Source: Octopus sinensis (lineage: Eukaryota). Taken from it: a stretch of 64,000 nt of DNA. Position 1 is the stretch's first letter; each line of letters begins with the position of its first letter. Location of the stretch: the NCBI RefSeq assembly GCF_006345805.1, contig NC_043002.1, forward strand, positions 102,424,001 to 102,488,000, written 5' to 3'. A model generated the notes under the pieces. It did not search any database. It was given only the letters and a program-made list of their open reading frames with translations, and had not been told where the DNA came from. Made by a program: the position numbers and the translations under genes. Of this stretch, positions 24,257 to 37,325 are shown in pieces.

Positions 24257-24984
24257 GTAAAAGAGACTGCCCAGTCTCTTTTACAATCTCTTGAACAAGC
24301 CTCAAATTGTGTAGGTCTTTACCTCAATGAGGCCAAAACTGAATACATAAACACGTGCCTGTCGAACAGTGATTGCATCATCCATACTCTCAACAATGCG
24401 CCCTTAAATATGGTTTCTGATTATAAATATCTTGGGTCATACATATCATCATCTGGAAAAGACTTTCTAACTAGAAAGGGTATGGCCTGGTCAGCCTGTA
24501 ATGACGTGCATAATATCTGGTCATCAAATCTAAGTAGATACTTCAAACTTGAAATATTCAAAGCCACAGTCGAACCAATTCTACTATATGGCTCAGAAAG
24601 CTGGACGTTATCAAAGAAGCTTGAGAGGCGGTTGGATGGAACCTACACTCGCCTCCTTATGAGAGCTCAAAATATCTCGTGGAAGCGCCATCCAACCAAA
24701 ATGCAAATATATGGGAAACTACCACCTGTGTCATCTCTTGTGAAAGGTAGAAGAGTCCAGTTTGCTGGACATTGTTGTAGAGCTGAAAAAGAAGTAATTT
24801 CTACTCTTCTTCTCTGGAAGCCATCTACTTGCAATACCAGAGGGCGCACACTCTCCTACCCTGATGTAATCTCCAGGGATACAGGCATCCAGCAACAGGA
24901 CCTCCGTAATGCCATGATGGACCGTGAAGTCTGGCGTAGCATGGTAAATTCCACTGTCTCGACCACGGTCGTACAATGATGATG
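24257..24984 (+). mobile_element. 5'-truncated RTE-clade (RTEX-like) LINE with intact RT C-terminal frame
   Basis: VGLYLNEAKTE, YKYLGS, TVEPILLYGSESWT, RRVQFAGHC, DREVWR; (GAT)n-like tail; 10-bp TSD AGTAGGAATT at 24247-24256 and 24985-24994. Confidence 0.9.
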
Positions 24985-25278
24985 AGTAGGAATTAGAAGA
25001 CTGGTAGCGGGCAGAGGGAGACACAGAAGGCAGAGAGGGAAGATGCGAAAAAGAGCGAGAGGAGGAGAGAGAGAGGGAGGGAGAAAGGAAGACACAGAAA
25101 GAGAAGAAAAGATAGAAATGGATGTTGCACGAATATATAATCCAGTTAATGTAAATAAATTCAAGGGTGCGGAGCGTTGCGCTAATTAATAAGTTAAAAC
25201 ACGTATATTACTAAACGTTTCGTATTTATTAATGGAGCGCTACACACCCTTGATTTTATTTACAGTAAGTTGTTTATA

Positions 25279-26478
25279 TATTGAGTCATCCCATAAATAA
25301 TGCGGACTACTTTTATTGTTCAAAATTAAGATAAATTTCTGTGTTAATCTAAAATATACCCTCAACCATTTTCTGCAATGCCCTCGCATCTGAGAAAATT
25401 GCAAGGCCCCTCTTCCAAAATTCACTTTTCCATGATGAAAAATACTCCTCCACCACTGTTCTACAGAATTTATATTTTTTTCCGTCCAAATGAACGTGAA
25501 GTCTGCGGAATAAAGGGTAATTAGATTGGTCAATGTCTGGCGAATCTGGTGGATGAAGTATCGTTTCCCATTCGAACTGCTCTAGCCTTTGAAATTTAAT
25601 CCTCTCTGTATGTGGCCCAGCATGATTCTGATGGAAGAACACCTTTCATCTTGGAAACAAAGATGGTTGCTTTTCTTATGACGCTGACTTAAGCCGCTCA
25701 TGCTACTCACAGCAGATCTCCTTTGGTTTACAACTTATGTGGGTGAAGTCTTCTTAGACCTGGGCTGCCTGTCTTTCTCCTTTCCACTGTTTTAAGCGCT
25801 TGAAATTTTTGTAGAGAACCTATTTCTCGTCACCAGTCACTATTGGACCCACAAATAGTTCATTGGTGAGTCGTGACAGCAAAGGAGAGCACACATCCAC
25901 ATTCTGCGCGCGATTAGACTCGGTGACTTTGTGAGGAACCCATTAATCCAATTTGCTGACATTTCCGACGGCACGCAGGTGTTGGTGAATGGTTGAATGT
26001 CCAAATCCAAACATCTCTGCTTATTCCTTAATAGTTAGGATGGTATTTTGTTCCAACAGGGTTTGCATGATGACATCGTCGAGCTCTACAGACCTTCCAG
26101 GACGAGGTTCTTCTTCAAGGGTGCAGTTTCCGGGTCGGAATTTCTGGATCAACTGCTACAAAATTGGCTTACGCTTGTTGTCCGATCCTCATATAATGCA
26201 TTAAAACTCCTCACACTCTCCGTTGCGGTGTTGCATTTATTGAACTCATGAAGCAAAAAATGCCGAATATACACCTTTGTCAGTTCCATTATCGCTTTCA
26301 AAAAATAACTGTGAAATTCAAAGTGCACACTTGCAAAACAATGCACTAAGAGTAAGTGCAAGTTAAAATTGCGGCCTGCTTTTATAACAAGTTCATGCAG
26401 GTAATTTATCTCGTCCCCCTCCGACTTTTAGTTCATGCAATTGAAAACAAAATGCGTTATTTATGAGATGACCCTATA
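25279..26478 (-). mobile_element. Near full-length degenerate mariner with TIRs
   Basis: TIRs TATTGAGTCATCCCATAAATAATGCGG / TGCGTTATTTATGAGATGACCCTATA; FHQNHAGPHT...HPPDSPDIDQSNYPLF. Confidence 0.9.
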
Positions 26479-26489
26479 CACCCACACAA

Positions 26490-26557
<68 letters not shown>

Positions 26558-26730
26558 GTAGTAACAGAAAAGAGGAATTTTGGTTGTCCCCACGTGGTGG
26601 ATTGTAATGTACATAAGAAAAATAAAAATGAAAACGGAAAATATGCACACTTACATGGTTATAATATAATTTTTAATGTATCGACCGGTTTCGCAATCGC
26701 TAAGTGTGCGTATTTTCCGTTTTATTTTTA

Positions 26731-26777
<47 letters not shown>

Positions 26778-26784
26778 CATACAT

Positions 26785-27207
26785 ATATCATAGACTAAGG
26801 CCAACCAAAACCTTGTGAGTCGATTTCGAACACACAAACTGAAAGAAGACTGCTGTATATATCTCTATATTTGTGTGTGCGTATGTGTGTGTATGTGTGT
26901 GTACCCGTACCATTGCTTGACAACCGATGTTGCTGTGTTTGTAAAACGGAAAAAGCGGACCATGTACCGTAATTCAATATATATATATGTAGATAGCTAG
27001 ATAGATAGATCAAAACATTTTAATTCAAATTCGTTGGCATACTTTAATTTCAAGGGTGATGGTAGTGGTTCCCATAACCCAACGGTTCGGATATGTCACT
27101 GATATATCAAGTACTAGGCTTACAAAGAACAAATCCTGTGGTCAATTAATTCGACCAACTATGGGGCTCCAGCATGGACACAGTCACATGACTGAAACGA
27201 GTAACGC
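26785..27207 (+). mobile_element. Fragmented CORE-type SINE (two pieces)
   Basis: 26785-26965 and 27068-27207 match the body and 3' tail of the SINE at 12005. Confidence 0.7.
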
Positions 27208-27254
27208 AAAAATCTATGCCATTTTAATCCCGTGTAAGTCTGGGTATCTCTGCT

Positions 27255-27282
<28 letters not shown>

Positions 27283-27285
<3 letters not shown>

Positions 27286-27790
27286 AATAAAGAGGCATTT
27301 TTCATCAACAAATTTCTCCCCCAACTAAATATGAACACACACCTCAATACAGAACACCACTAACTCTTCAATTTAAACCACTAAACCCAATACACTACCT
27401 ACATCACTCACATCTCTAATTCCAGAACTACTTACCTCCCTTACAAATAATCTAGAACTACTTACCTCCCTTACAAATAATCTTTTTTCTCAGGAACTAT
27501 TAGACCTGACACCGTATATTAACCGGTGTTGTTCAAGCGATGAATAGCCTTCGCGTAAACCAATTGGTTCGGTTTGTTCTCTTATTTTATTGTTATTATC
27601 ATCTTATAATCATCTCAAAATAATGACCTTTAGGACTTGTATTACTACCTCAGTCAATCTAAATGTATATATTTGTCACTACCTGTCATAAATAGCCTTT
27701 TTTCTATCTGCAATATGCATTTTCGTTGATTTTTCATATTTTACCTTTCTATTTCTACGTGTATATTATATTTTCTTTTCGTAACATATT
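27283..27790 (+). mobile_element. Probable PLE endonuclease tail plus 3' UTR/pseudo-LTR
   Basis: LNKEAFFINKFLPQLN* (cf. E..FI....P.LN); 30-bp duplication 27424-27483; degenerate HHR-like GCGATGA...GTAAAC CAATTG GTT at 27530-27575. Confidence 0.5.
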
Positions 27791-27822
27791 TCTACTATAT
27801 TTCACTACATGTGAGCTCGAAA

Positions 27823-28620
27823 ATGCCGCAAAATTCAAACTCTGCATCGAAAACTCTCAATGAAGAGACCCTTAACGAACTGAAAGAGATTAATACAAAT
27901 CTGAGACTTTCAATAAGCAAGATCGAAGAACTAACTTGCTCTACACAAGAGGCAAAAGAAAAAGAAGAGAAATAACTTCCTCTGGAACAACTCAATCACG
28001 ATTTGTCCGAATTATGCACCACTCTTCACTTTTTACCTCATAACAATTTTATAAATGAAAATCCCCCTATAGATGATACACAAGACAGCAATCCCTCCAC
28101 AGTTACATTTTCTAAAAACCGCATTATCCACATATGGAATCAAAAATTTAAAGCCAGAAAATTTACTTTCTGGAATATGATTTAAAAAATCACAAGGCAG
28201 AAATCTAAGGCTAAATTCTACACCAATAATTTTACCTCGCAAATTCCAAGTTAAGCGTATCCCTAAACGAGGAGGATCAACAAAGACAATTAAGAGAAAA
28301 ACTTTCCCTGGAAAAATGAAGACAGAAATAGAACACCTTAAGCTTAGAGCACTAAGCAATGAACAAAAAGTTAAAAACATAGATGAGGAGATTTACAACG
28401 AATTAAAGAAACTTACGGATGGTCCCCGCTTGGAAAGTGTTTTTAAACTATGGAAAAAATTTGCGTGGATGAAGTAACTAACTCCTTACAACGTTGGGAT
28501 AAACAAGCCAATTTCTTTAATAACTACGAAACTCAGTTTAACATAGAAAACGCATCGGATAACCCCTTCCTGAAGAAAAATAATCCAAAAACAGACCAAG
28601 AAATGAACCCCACTGAGAGT
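27823..28620 (+). pseudogene. Degenerate coiled-coil-rich retroelement ORF (ORF1-like or PLE N-terminus)
   Basis: MPQNSNS...LNELKEINTNLRLSISKIEEL; WNQKFKARKFTFW; ILPRKF; KTEIEHLKLRALSNEQKVKNIDEEI; LW..C.DE...RWDKQANFF. Stops and frameshifts present. Confidence 0.55.
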
Positions 28621-29279
28621 TCTTTAAAACAAAGCAGTAGACATGTTCTATGGACACGAACGTGTCTGTTGAGGCCTGTTCCTGCATTGCAAACCTTTTG
28701 CTAAATGTATATATCGAAATCAACTAACTCTACTCACTCGTAAAATTATTACATGTAAACCGCAAGCTAATTGGTTATAATAAAGGATGGATCTATGCCA
28801 GTATTATCGGTGCGTCCGACAAACCATGACTTTCCGGCCACATGCTGATTGGTATTCAAAACGTTCAGCTTGTCGGAGTCTTCTACATAGAATTAAAAAG
28901 AAGTCAATCATTTCATTGAAATCTGATGATTACTACGAACGTATGAAAGGGCTAACTAAAAATTATGAATATTAGAAAAATACTTCTTTTAACGATGCAG
29001 AAATTGTTTTTAAATACAATAATGCAAAACGGGAAAAACATACCATATTATAACTTTATTCAAGTCGTATATGTATATATATATGGATCAAATCATTTTG
29101 ATTCAAATTCGTTGGTACTCTTTAGCTTGAAGCGTGATGCTAGTCGTCAACCCGCTTGAAGCTCATGATAACCCACGAATTTGGATCAAAGTGTTTTGTT
29201 CTATACATGTAACTCCCAATAAATTTCTTGAGTGCCATCCTTTCATTTGTCGACTCACTCGTATGTATGTGTGTATGTA

Positions 29280-29312
<33 letters not shown>

Positions 29313-31584
29313 CTGTGTGTACGAATATATATACTACAAGTATGATTACATATTTTCTTCATATCACTCTCTCTCTCTCTCTCTGCAAATATATTTATGT
29401 GGGCTTATATGAGTAACCAAGACCACGCTATCTTGTTAGTAAGAGAGATGTGGGTTCATGAGATGTTGACGGCCATTTCCTACAGTTTCACTGAGTCTGT
29501 GCGTGTCTTTTCGTGGCACTGTCTTCCCTTCTGTTTATAACGTGGGATGTGTCTGCTTACTACAAATGCATCAGCCGTGCTTTTAGCTTCAGACGGTGCT
29601 TACCATAACACCCGACATTTCAAGATTTTCACAGAATTAATTCACCGGTGGAGACAGAAATGTCTAGATAGTGATGCTTAGAATAATGTTAATGATGAAG
29701 ACGACGACGATAAACATAACCTTGATGAGGTTTATTATCAGCATCGTAATGGTCATCGACGCCATCGTCATCACCATCATAAAAATAGCAATTTCATGAA
29801 TGTCCTCATCGCCATCACCTATGCTATTTGTATCGTGCTTCTTTCTTCTTCCTCCCATCGATTCCGCGTCCACTTCCTCCTCCCCCTCCTCATCATAATC
29901 ATCAACGTTGTCGTTGTCATCATCTTTTATAAGCAAAACATGTGAATTAGGTAGGGTCACATCGATTTGTTGTTTCACACGTTACACGTGGGATAACATG
30001 AACTTAGGCACTGACAAAACATACCCCTTCCAAAACCCGAACAGTTTTGCTTAAACTCTAAAATCCCAGCTCTTTCAAGCGTGACCTCTTCTTTATTATT
30101 TATGTCAGCAAATTAATATTAATCTTATACAAAACTGTGTGCGGTTGCGCTCGTCACCGATTTCACAAAATGAGATGTCGTTTATCCTTTTACAAAGCGG
30201 ACGTTGAACGTTAGTGAAATTTTATATCTGTAATGGGATTTGGAGAGTAGAACAAAGGTTGTTATAGATTCTATTCGACTCTGAACATTTCAGAGCAGTT
30301 GTCTGTTTGGTTAATGTATATTATAACAAAGAGAGACCGCTTAAATTCATAAACGATCTTTGTCACACAGTGTGATTTTAAATACATGCATCATAATTGT
30401 AAAAGCACCGTAATTTCCTACAATCAAGCTGATGTGTGACGTGTATAAAAGGAAATCCAAACTGTAATTGTGGCCCCATTAACGTTGCTTTCAGTAGATT
30501 TTTATATCCACAACGCGATTGTTTGACCTTAGGTGTCGTGTTGAGTTTGATCTCTGAGAGGATCTCACTGTACAGATTTGTGTATAATTTTATTTCAAAT
30601 AGTAAGATATAGAAATTCAGTGACTACACGAGCAGAAATAATAGGAAAAATTCTCTCAAATGGTTTCCACTGTCTCAAATACAGATAGAACACTTCTGAG
30701 CTCAGAGAGATGGATATGTCTTTAAAGGCGCTGAGCAAGTACAAGAATATTTCAATGAACCAGCTTAAACAAGTCTTTTTTGTGTTTTTTAGTTTTACTG
30801 GTAAAAATAGAACAAGATAGATACAAGAAAAAATTCCGAGATGTTACAGCTGCAAAGCTTTTCATAGCTGGTTTACTTGATTGAAGCAATCGGAAATAAA
30901 CTAAGGAAAGCTTATTTGGTAGCATGGTGGTCCGACCTGTTAGAGCTAGAAGTAATATCTTTCTCAAAAACAACGTTGATTACCTTACAAAAAGAGAAAA
31001 CCCCCAACATAGTCTTGACAGATATCTTCAAATAAAAGATGATCAAAAGTTGAAGACTGCTGAACAAAGTCTACTTTTCTGGGATGGAATTCTGAAAAAA
31101 AAAAAAACTACGCGCTATATACGGGGGGAGCTCCAACAAAATCACACAAATTGTAAGAAACTTCAGCTAAATCCGTTTCAAAATCTCATGTCGTTAAATA
31201 ACGATAGACACACAAGTATTTCAGATAAATTGTATAGAACCACGTACGTTCCGTAGATTTAGGTGAATTATGTGTTAGCAAATAGTCTAACAAATTTTAG
31301 AGAGGAAAATCTTAATAAATAACAGTTATTTACAATTGGAATATTTTTTAACAACACTATATTGAAAGTGCTGTAAAATACCAAAAGCAAAGCAACACGG
31401 ATTGCTAAATATCCTATACGAATTTTATAATAGGTACTCAATACTTGATTTCATGTTCGCTACATTACATGATATACATACACAAACACACACATATATA
31501 TAATATATATACATGCATATACATACATTCACACATATATGCATATACACAAATAGAATATATATATATATATGTGTGTGTGTT

Positions 31585-31975
31585 TGTTCTTTTATTTTTT
31601 TCAGTCATCTGACTGCGGCTATGTTGGTGCACTGCCTTTAATCGAAGAAATCGACTTATTCCTTGTAAGCCTAGTGCTTCTCATATCGGTCTCTTTTCCC
31701 AAACCGCTAAGTTACGGGGACGTAAACACATCAATATCGGTTGTCAAGCGATTGTGGGAAGACAAACTCAGATACACATACGTGCACACACATATTCATA
31801 CATATATACAACGGGCTTCTTTCAGTTTCCGACTACCAAACCCACTCACAAGGCTTTAGTCGGCTCTAGACTATAGTAGATAACACTTGCCCAAGGTGTC
31901 ATGAAGTGGGACTGAACCTGGAACCATGTGGCTGGAAAACAAGCTTCTTACCACATAGCCACGCCTGCACCTATA
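31585..31975 (-). mobile_element. CORE-type tRNA SINE
   Basis: ACACTTGCCCAAGGTG (reverse complement of CORE ACCTTGGGCAAGT), tRNA head and tail as at 12005. Confidence 0.85.
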
Positions 31976-33662
31976 GCTACGCCTACGCCAACCCATGTTC
32001 CTATGGCCATGCTTGCACGTTATATATACATATATATTCATACTAGTAAGATCCGTGTATATTCAACGGAATGGGAAAAATTAAGGGGACTTATTTAAAA
32101 AGAAAGTATGCTTTGCCTTTAAATAGCTTTCATAATTCCGATTTCGGTACGTTTTGGTTATCTCAACCCCATTAAAAAATTGTGTTATCTCCCCCAACTA
32201 AAAAAATTTGCTTAACCGTAAATAAAACCCCCCCAAAAAAATGATAAATTAATAAACAGAAAAAGTGAAACGGTTAACCATCTTACTAAATCTGATAATA
32301 TTTTTATAAAAAATCATACAAAACTGAAAAAATTAATAAACATGAAAACGGAAAAAATTAAACATTTTATTCAATCTGATAATATTTTTATAACGCTACA
32401 ATGCCATACCTATTGAGGAGGCCAAACGTCAATGTGTTGAATTATTGAATCAAGAGGATCTAACACTTTTAACCCAATCTCCTGTCGCCACGGAGATGAC
32501 CCAATTTTTTAATGGCAAATTTTTAATGGGGATGAGATTTACCATAAAACACCTAGATTTCTATAAATATTCCCGACATGAATGTCCACATGAATGTCAA
32601 CACGTCTTCGTCGGTGTTTCTTTTATATATTTTTTATATATCGTCTCGATTTTCCTCTCTGTTCCGTGCCCTATATCTGCGCATCCTTTGTCGGGCTGAG
32701 TACACCGTGTTTCTTGTGAATCCAGAGATTAGACTAAATTAACTTTTATAAACAAATAATTTTTTTAAGCGAGCAGACGATAAATAATTGCATTTATGCG
32801 CATGCGCATGCGTTAAGCTATGGTCGCTATAAAAATAAGTAGTTTAACACAGCATAATACTTTTCCCTATCAACTTACCACCACCAAAGCTTTTTGCTTG
32901 TCTCTCTCTCCACGTCTCTCTCAATATAACAGCCTCTCTTGTCCATCTCTCTCTACCTTTCCCTTCAGCTAACATTTTAACCACGTGATAAGTATTTCTT
33001 CCCCCACCCCACCACACATCGTTAACACTTCTCGCTCCTTCGTTTTCTCTCGTACTTTACCTCGACCTTCAGCTAACTTTGTGAAAACTGGGCCGAAGTT
33101 TATTAATATTAATCATCTCTCTCCCTACTTCTTCCTCGCTTTTCTTTACACCTCCCTCACCATTTCCGCCACAGTCAACCATCTTTTCACTAATTTATTA
33201 ACTGAATATATTTCGCTCTGACTCCTCATTTAAAGAAGGTTTTACAACCCTTTACTTAGTAAGAAATCAAAATTGTAGGATATTTCATTCATAGATAAAT
33301 AGGTTTACTTTCCAACGAATTTAACGATCTCACCGTCCAATATTCTCCTACTCTATTTTCGAATAACATTTTTATTCCCTACAATTTTTTTTTTCCTTTG
33401 ACATGTAAGTCCCGATGTATACCATGCTACAAACCTTTGAATGTTTTGAACTATTATTGAAATAAACATGTCAAATTCTCTCTCAATGTCATTGTGTGCT
33501 TAAGTAAGAACCTATCTACCCGAATGCGTACACACACAACCACATGCACGCACAAGCACAAATTCAGGGATGTATTCACTCGTACATACAAGCACATGGG
33601 CACTCATACACATTATCTGTCTGTTTCTCTCTATATATATGTATATCAATCAATCTATCAAT

Positions 33663-33696
<34 letters not shown>

Positions 33697-33704
33697 AATG
33701 GTGC

Positions 33705-34160
33705 AAAAATATCCAGACAGGTGATGCAAAAAAGGGACAACAAAACATACAGACAGACGATACAAAGAAAACAAGGATGGGTCATTCGGAGTTTTCTATC
33801 CTCAGTCGAGTTCCAGATCAACTTTGCAATTTCGGCTGGTTTTTCTCGAGATTGCTCCAATCTGGCCAATCTCTGCTATAAGGATTTACTTCCACACACG
33901 CCAGCTTAATTTAATTAATCCTTAGTCGAAAGACACCTATTGTTATGTCCTGTTAATTGCATTTGTATTTGTGTAACATTTGTTTTTCCGTCCTTGTTTT
34001 CGTATACATTCACTGCTTTCTTCCAAGGAATCTAATGCTCTTAGCTTAGTTTTTTAAAATTTCATTCGAAATTGCTCTTAATTCTGGTTTCGACCTTTTG
34101 ACTGTTCTTTCTTGTATCTTAGCAACCTGTTATGGCTTGCCTCTTTTGTGTTTAAATGTA
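33705..34160. repeat. Interspersed repeat with internal inverted motif; related piece at 45030-45170
   Basis: GAAAACAAGGATGG (33767-33780) vs CCGTCCTTGTTTTC (33988-34001); CCATCCTTGTTTTC recurs near 45150. Confidence 0.45.
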
Positions 34161-34162
34161 TA

Positions 34163-34348
34163 TATTTCTTTACTATCCACAAAGGGCTAAACACAGAGGG
34201 GACAAACAAGGACAGACAAAGGGATTAAGTCGATTACATCGACCCCAGTGCGTAACTGGTACTTAATATATCGACCCCGAAAGGATGAAAGGCAAAGTCG
34301 ACCTCGGCGGAATTTGAACTTCGAACGTAACGACAGACGAAATACGGC
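34163..34348 (-). mobile_element. Meta-like SINE, 5'-truncated
   Basis: Near-identical to 1091-1320. Confidence 0.85.
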
Positions 34349-36319
34349 AAACATATATATATATATATGTCTATCTATCCGTCATCTGTGTGTGTATGTG
34401 TGTGCTGCCATTTAGTAATTATTGACTGATCCACATGTGACTGTCTGTTCAAATCATCATTAATATATATCCTTTGAAAATATTGTTTCCGTCAGTTGGA
34501 ATGCTATTTCCAGAAGTAAGAATAGGATAACGGATAACATCCATTGGCAACCGGCCGAAGCACTAGATTTCCTTCCTCATGTAATTACTTCAAATCATGT
34601 TTGTCAGTTGTTAGTTTTTCTGTTTAAGCAATCTTGATTTCATCCGTTTACATTTCACTTCAACCTCACAAATAGGTGAAACAAAAGCCTTAACTCGCTG
34701 CGTATGTTCTCAGCACAGAGATGCATCCTTGTTTGTATTCCGAATAATGCATAAACAATTTCCATTTTGAAACGTTTGCTTCTACTCGCTGTAAGAGACC
34801 ATATTACTTGCAAATCTTCCAAGAGTGGCAAAGTTGATGCTGTTAATTTTCAATCTAAACCGGTCAGTGTCACCACCTGCAGGAAAGAAATGAGTGAAAC
34901 GGAGATTCCAGAGGGTCGACGGTGTGTAGACGAAGAATCGGACAGAGAGGTAAAGGAAAAATAAAGACAGAGTTCAAGGGAGTAAGGGTGATTATTGGGG
35001 GACAGGCAAATGGGCAGGAGATGCTTGAATAACAAGGTATGTGACCAAAGAAACCGAGAAAAAAGTATTAGTAATAAAGAGAGAAAGATAAACAAGCAAA
35101 AGAGATTCCGTACTGGGGGACCAAATTCTGGAATGTATTCTTATAACGAATCCCATTGAGGCGAGGTTCTCTGAGTTTTAAGTCCACGTAGCAGCAGCAC
35201 TATCTCAAATGTGGAAGTGGTAGTCAATTGTGGGGCTAAAATATATTCTGTTTCTAAAGAAATGGATTAGTATTTTCGATGCAGTCCAATATATTCTAAG
35301 CATCTTTCACACGAATGAATCCTCGGTGATAGTAAATCCTGACATCAAGAGCGAGTGCGAGGTCCCATGCGGAGCAGTGGAATTTTCTTGATAAGACTAG
35401 TGCCAGAGATTTTTAGTGCTAAACTACACAATGTTGTGATAACCTTCCTATAGGATACCCTAAAATATCCGTTTATGTAATCGTTTCAGTTCTGGATTGT
35501 AGTGTCTAGGTTGCGCATAAATGCGGAATTGCTAAGAAATGTCAGCAAGTGGGAAAGAGATGTGTCGTCCTGCATACAAGCAGGTGGTTTAAGATTTGAC
35601 GGCAGTAGTTCATTAACTTATAGGGGAAAGGGAGTGGGGTGGCAGAATTATTTTCTAGAGCTCAGCAGAGTTGACTTGGTGTGCGGCAGACAGAACAACG
35701 TCAACACATGCTACAATTGAAAACTGTCATTTAAAACCCGAGAGATGAGTGAAACACCGTGGCGGTAACATCTCGTTGAATTGCTTTCTCACTGAACCTC
35801 TTTAAAGTGAGATCCTACTGGTAGCTGACGTAAAACGTATACCTCCAGGAGATGTGGTTCCTAGGAAGCTGTACTGGTTGTCAAACGTAAGAGAGAGGAG
35901 AGGGGTGAGAGAGATTTATAGAGATTGAGAGAGTGAGAGTGAAACAGGATGTAGAGGAATATTGGAGCATGTTGTGGGTAGCGTTTAAATATAGTAGTAA
36001 GTTCATTGTCAGGCCTGATGGCATTAGGAAGGAAAATATAACGGGTTAGACACCGAGGAGATGACACAGCTCATAAAATTGTCAATGTTTTAAAGAAAGA
36101 GTAAAGAGGACCGCAGATTGAAGCATTGTCTGTTAAAATCTTACAAGATATACGAAATTAGTAACACCAGCAATATACAACAGAAATCCATGTTTAGGAA
36201 TCGTATTTCTCATAAACGGAGTGTGCAGTTGCAGATGACTGTTTCTGCAGTCATTTTGGAAAAAAAACTTATTTTTATTTGCTACTTTTTGAAATTTTAT
36301 TGAAGAAAAGACTTTTAGC

Positions 36320-37325
36320 AAATATTAGGGCATTATTCGATGGCAAGAAACTCACGTGTGACGAGAGCTCATTGGCAGGGTGCATTGTCTTTGTGAATAA
36401 TCCAATCCTTCGCGTCCCACTGATCCGGTCGCTTATGCCGAAAGTCCTCCCACGAACGCTTCAAAGCGTCGCAGTAAAACTCCCGATTAAAAGTCTGCCC
36501 TGGAGGACGAATTCTCGATGGACAATACTGCGAATGTGGAAAATAAGGATGAGTAGGCATTCGATTGAGTTGCAGCTCTGTCGCGCATTCTGCCATCATG
36601 GAGATGAAGGGCTCTCGTCCAGTGTGATGGCTGCTGCTTCATCTCAGGATCGTACCTGTAGACCCAACTCACGTCACCGGTGTTGATACTCGACATGAAG
36701 GATAGACCACCACAGGTATTCTGACGGACAACTTGACAGACTTCGACGCGATGGCCTTTCTGCTCAGTAGCCAAAAGGCGGGGGTTAAACTTGCCAGAGG
36801 TACGCCAATTGTTCAATTCAGACGTCAGGACTGCCTGAACGGACCCATACGATAGACCAACAGCATCCTCAATCTTGTTCATTGTCCTCTGGGGATTCTC
36901 ATGAACAAGCGGAGGAATTTTCCTCTCATTTCCAGGGCAGACGCTCTTCCAAGTTCTTCCAGATTGGTTATCGTCTTCTAGGGACGTTTTTTTCCGCTTT
37001 TGAAGCGCCGGTGCACTCTAAACATAGCGCATGACCCATTACCTTGTTGCTGTAAGCTTTCCGAAGCATGCGCAATTTCTCTGAAGCAGACAACTCAAGT
37101 TTAAAGCAAACTATCACGTTGGATCTTTGCTCCTGTCCATGACAAAATCGCAGAATAATCATACACGTAATCAAAAGAACACAAATTTCGCAACTTGTGA
37201 AGTAAATTCTATGATCTCACTTGGTACACTGCCTCATGATGGTCACTGCTAACTCTCGCTGCACTTGCAACTGCGTGCTGCCTTCATTTAGCCCGCTACT
37301 AAACTACTCCTGTAGTCATCCCATA
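36320..37325 (-). mobile_element. Degenerate mariner transposon
   Basis: EQRSNVIVCFKLELSASE; INTGDVSWVYRYDPEMKQQPSHW; PPGQTFNREFY; WIIHKDNAP. C-terminus missing. Confidence 0.85.

Noticed and set aside
35100-36070. Possible CR1/L2-like LINE remnant on the minus strand
   Set aside because: Composition is suggestive but no diagnostic motif could be recovered.
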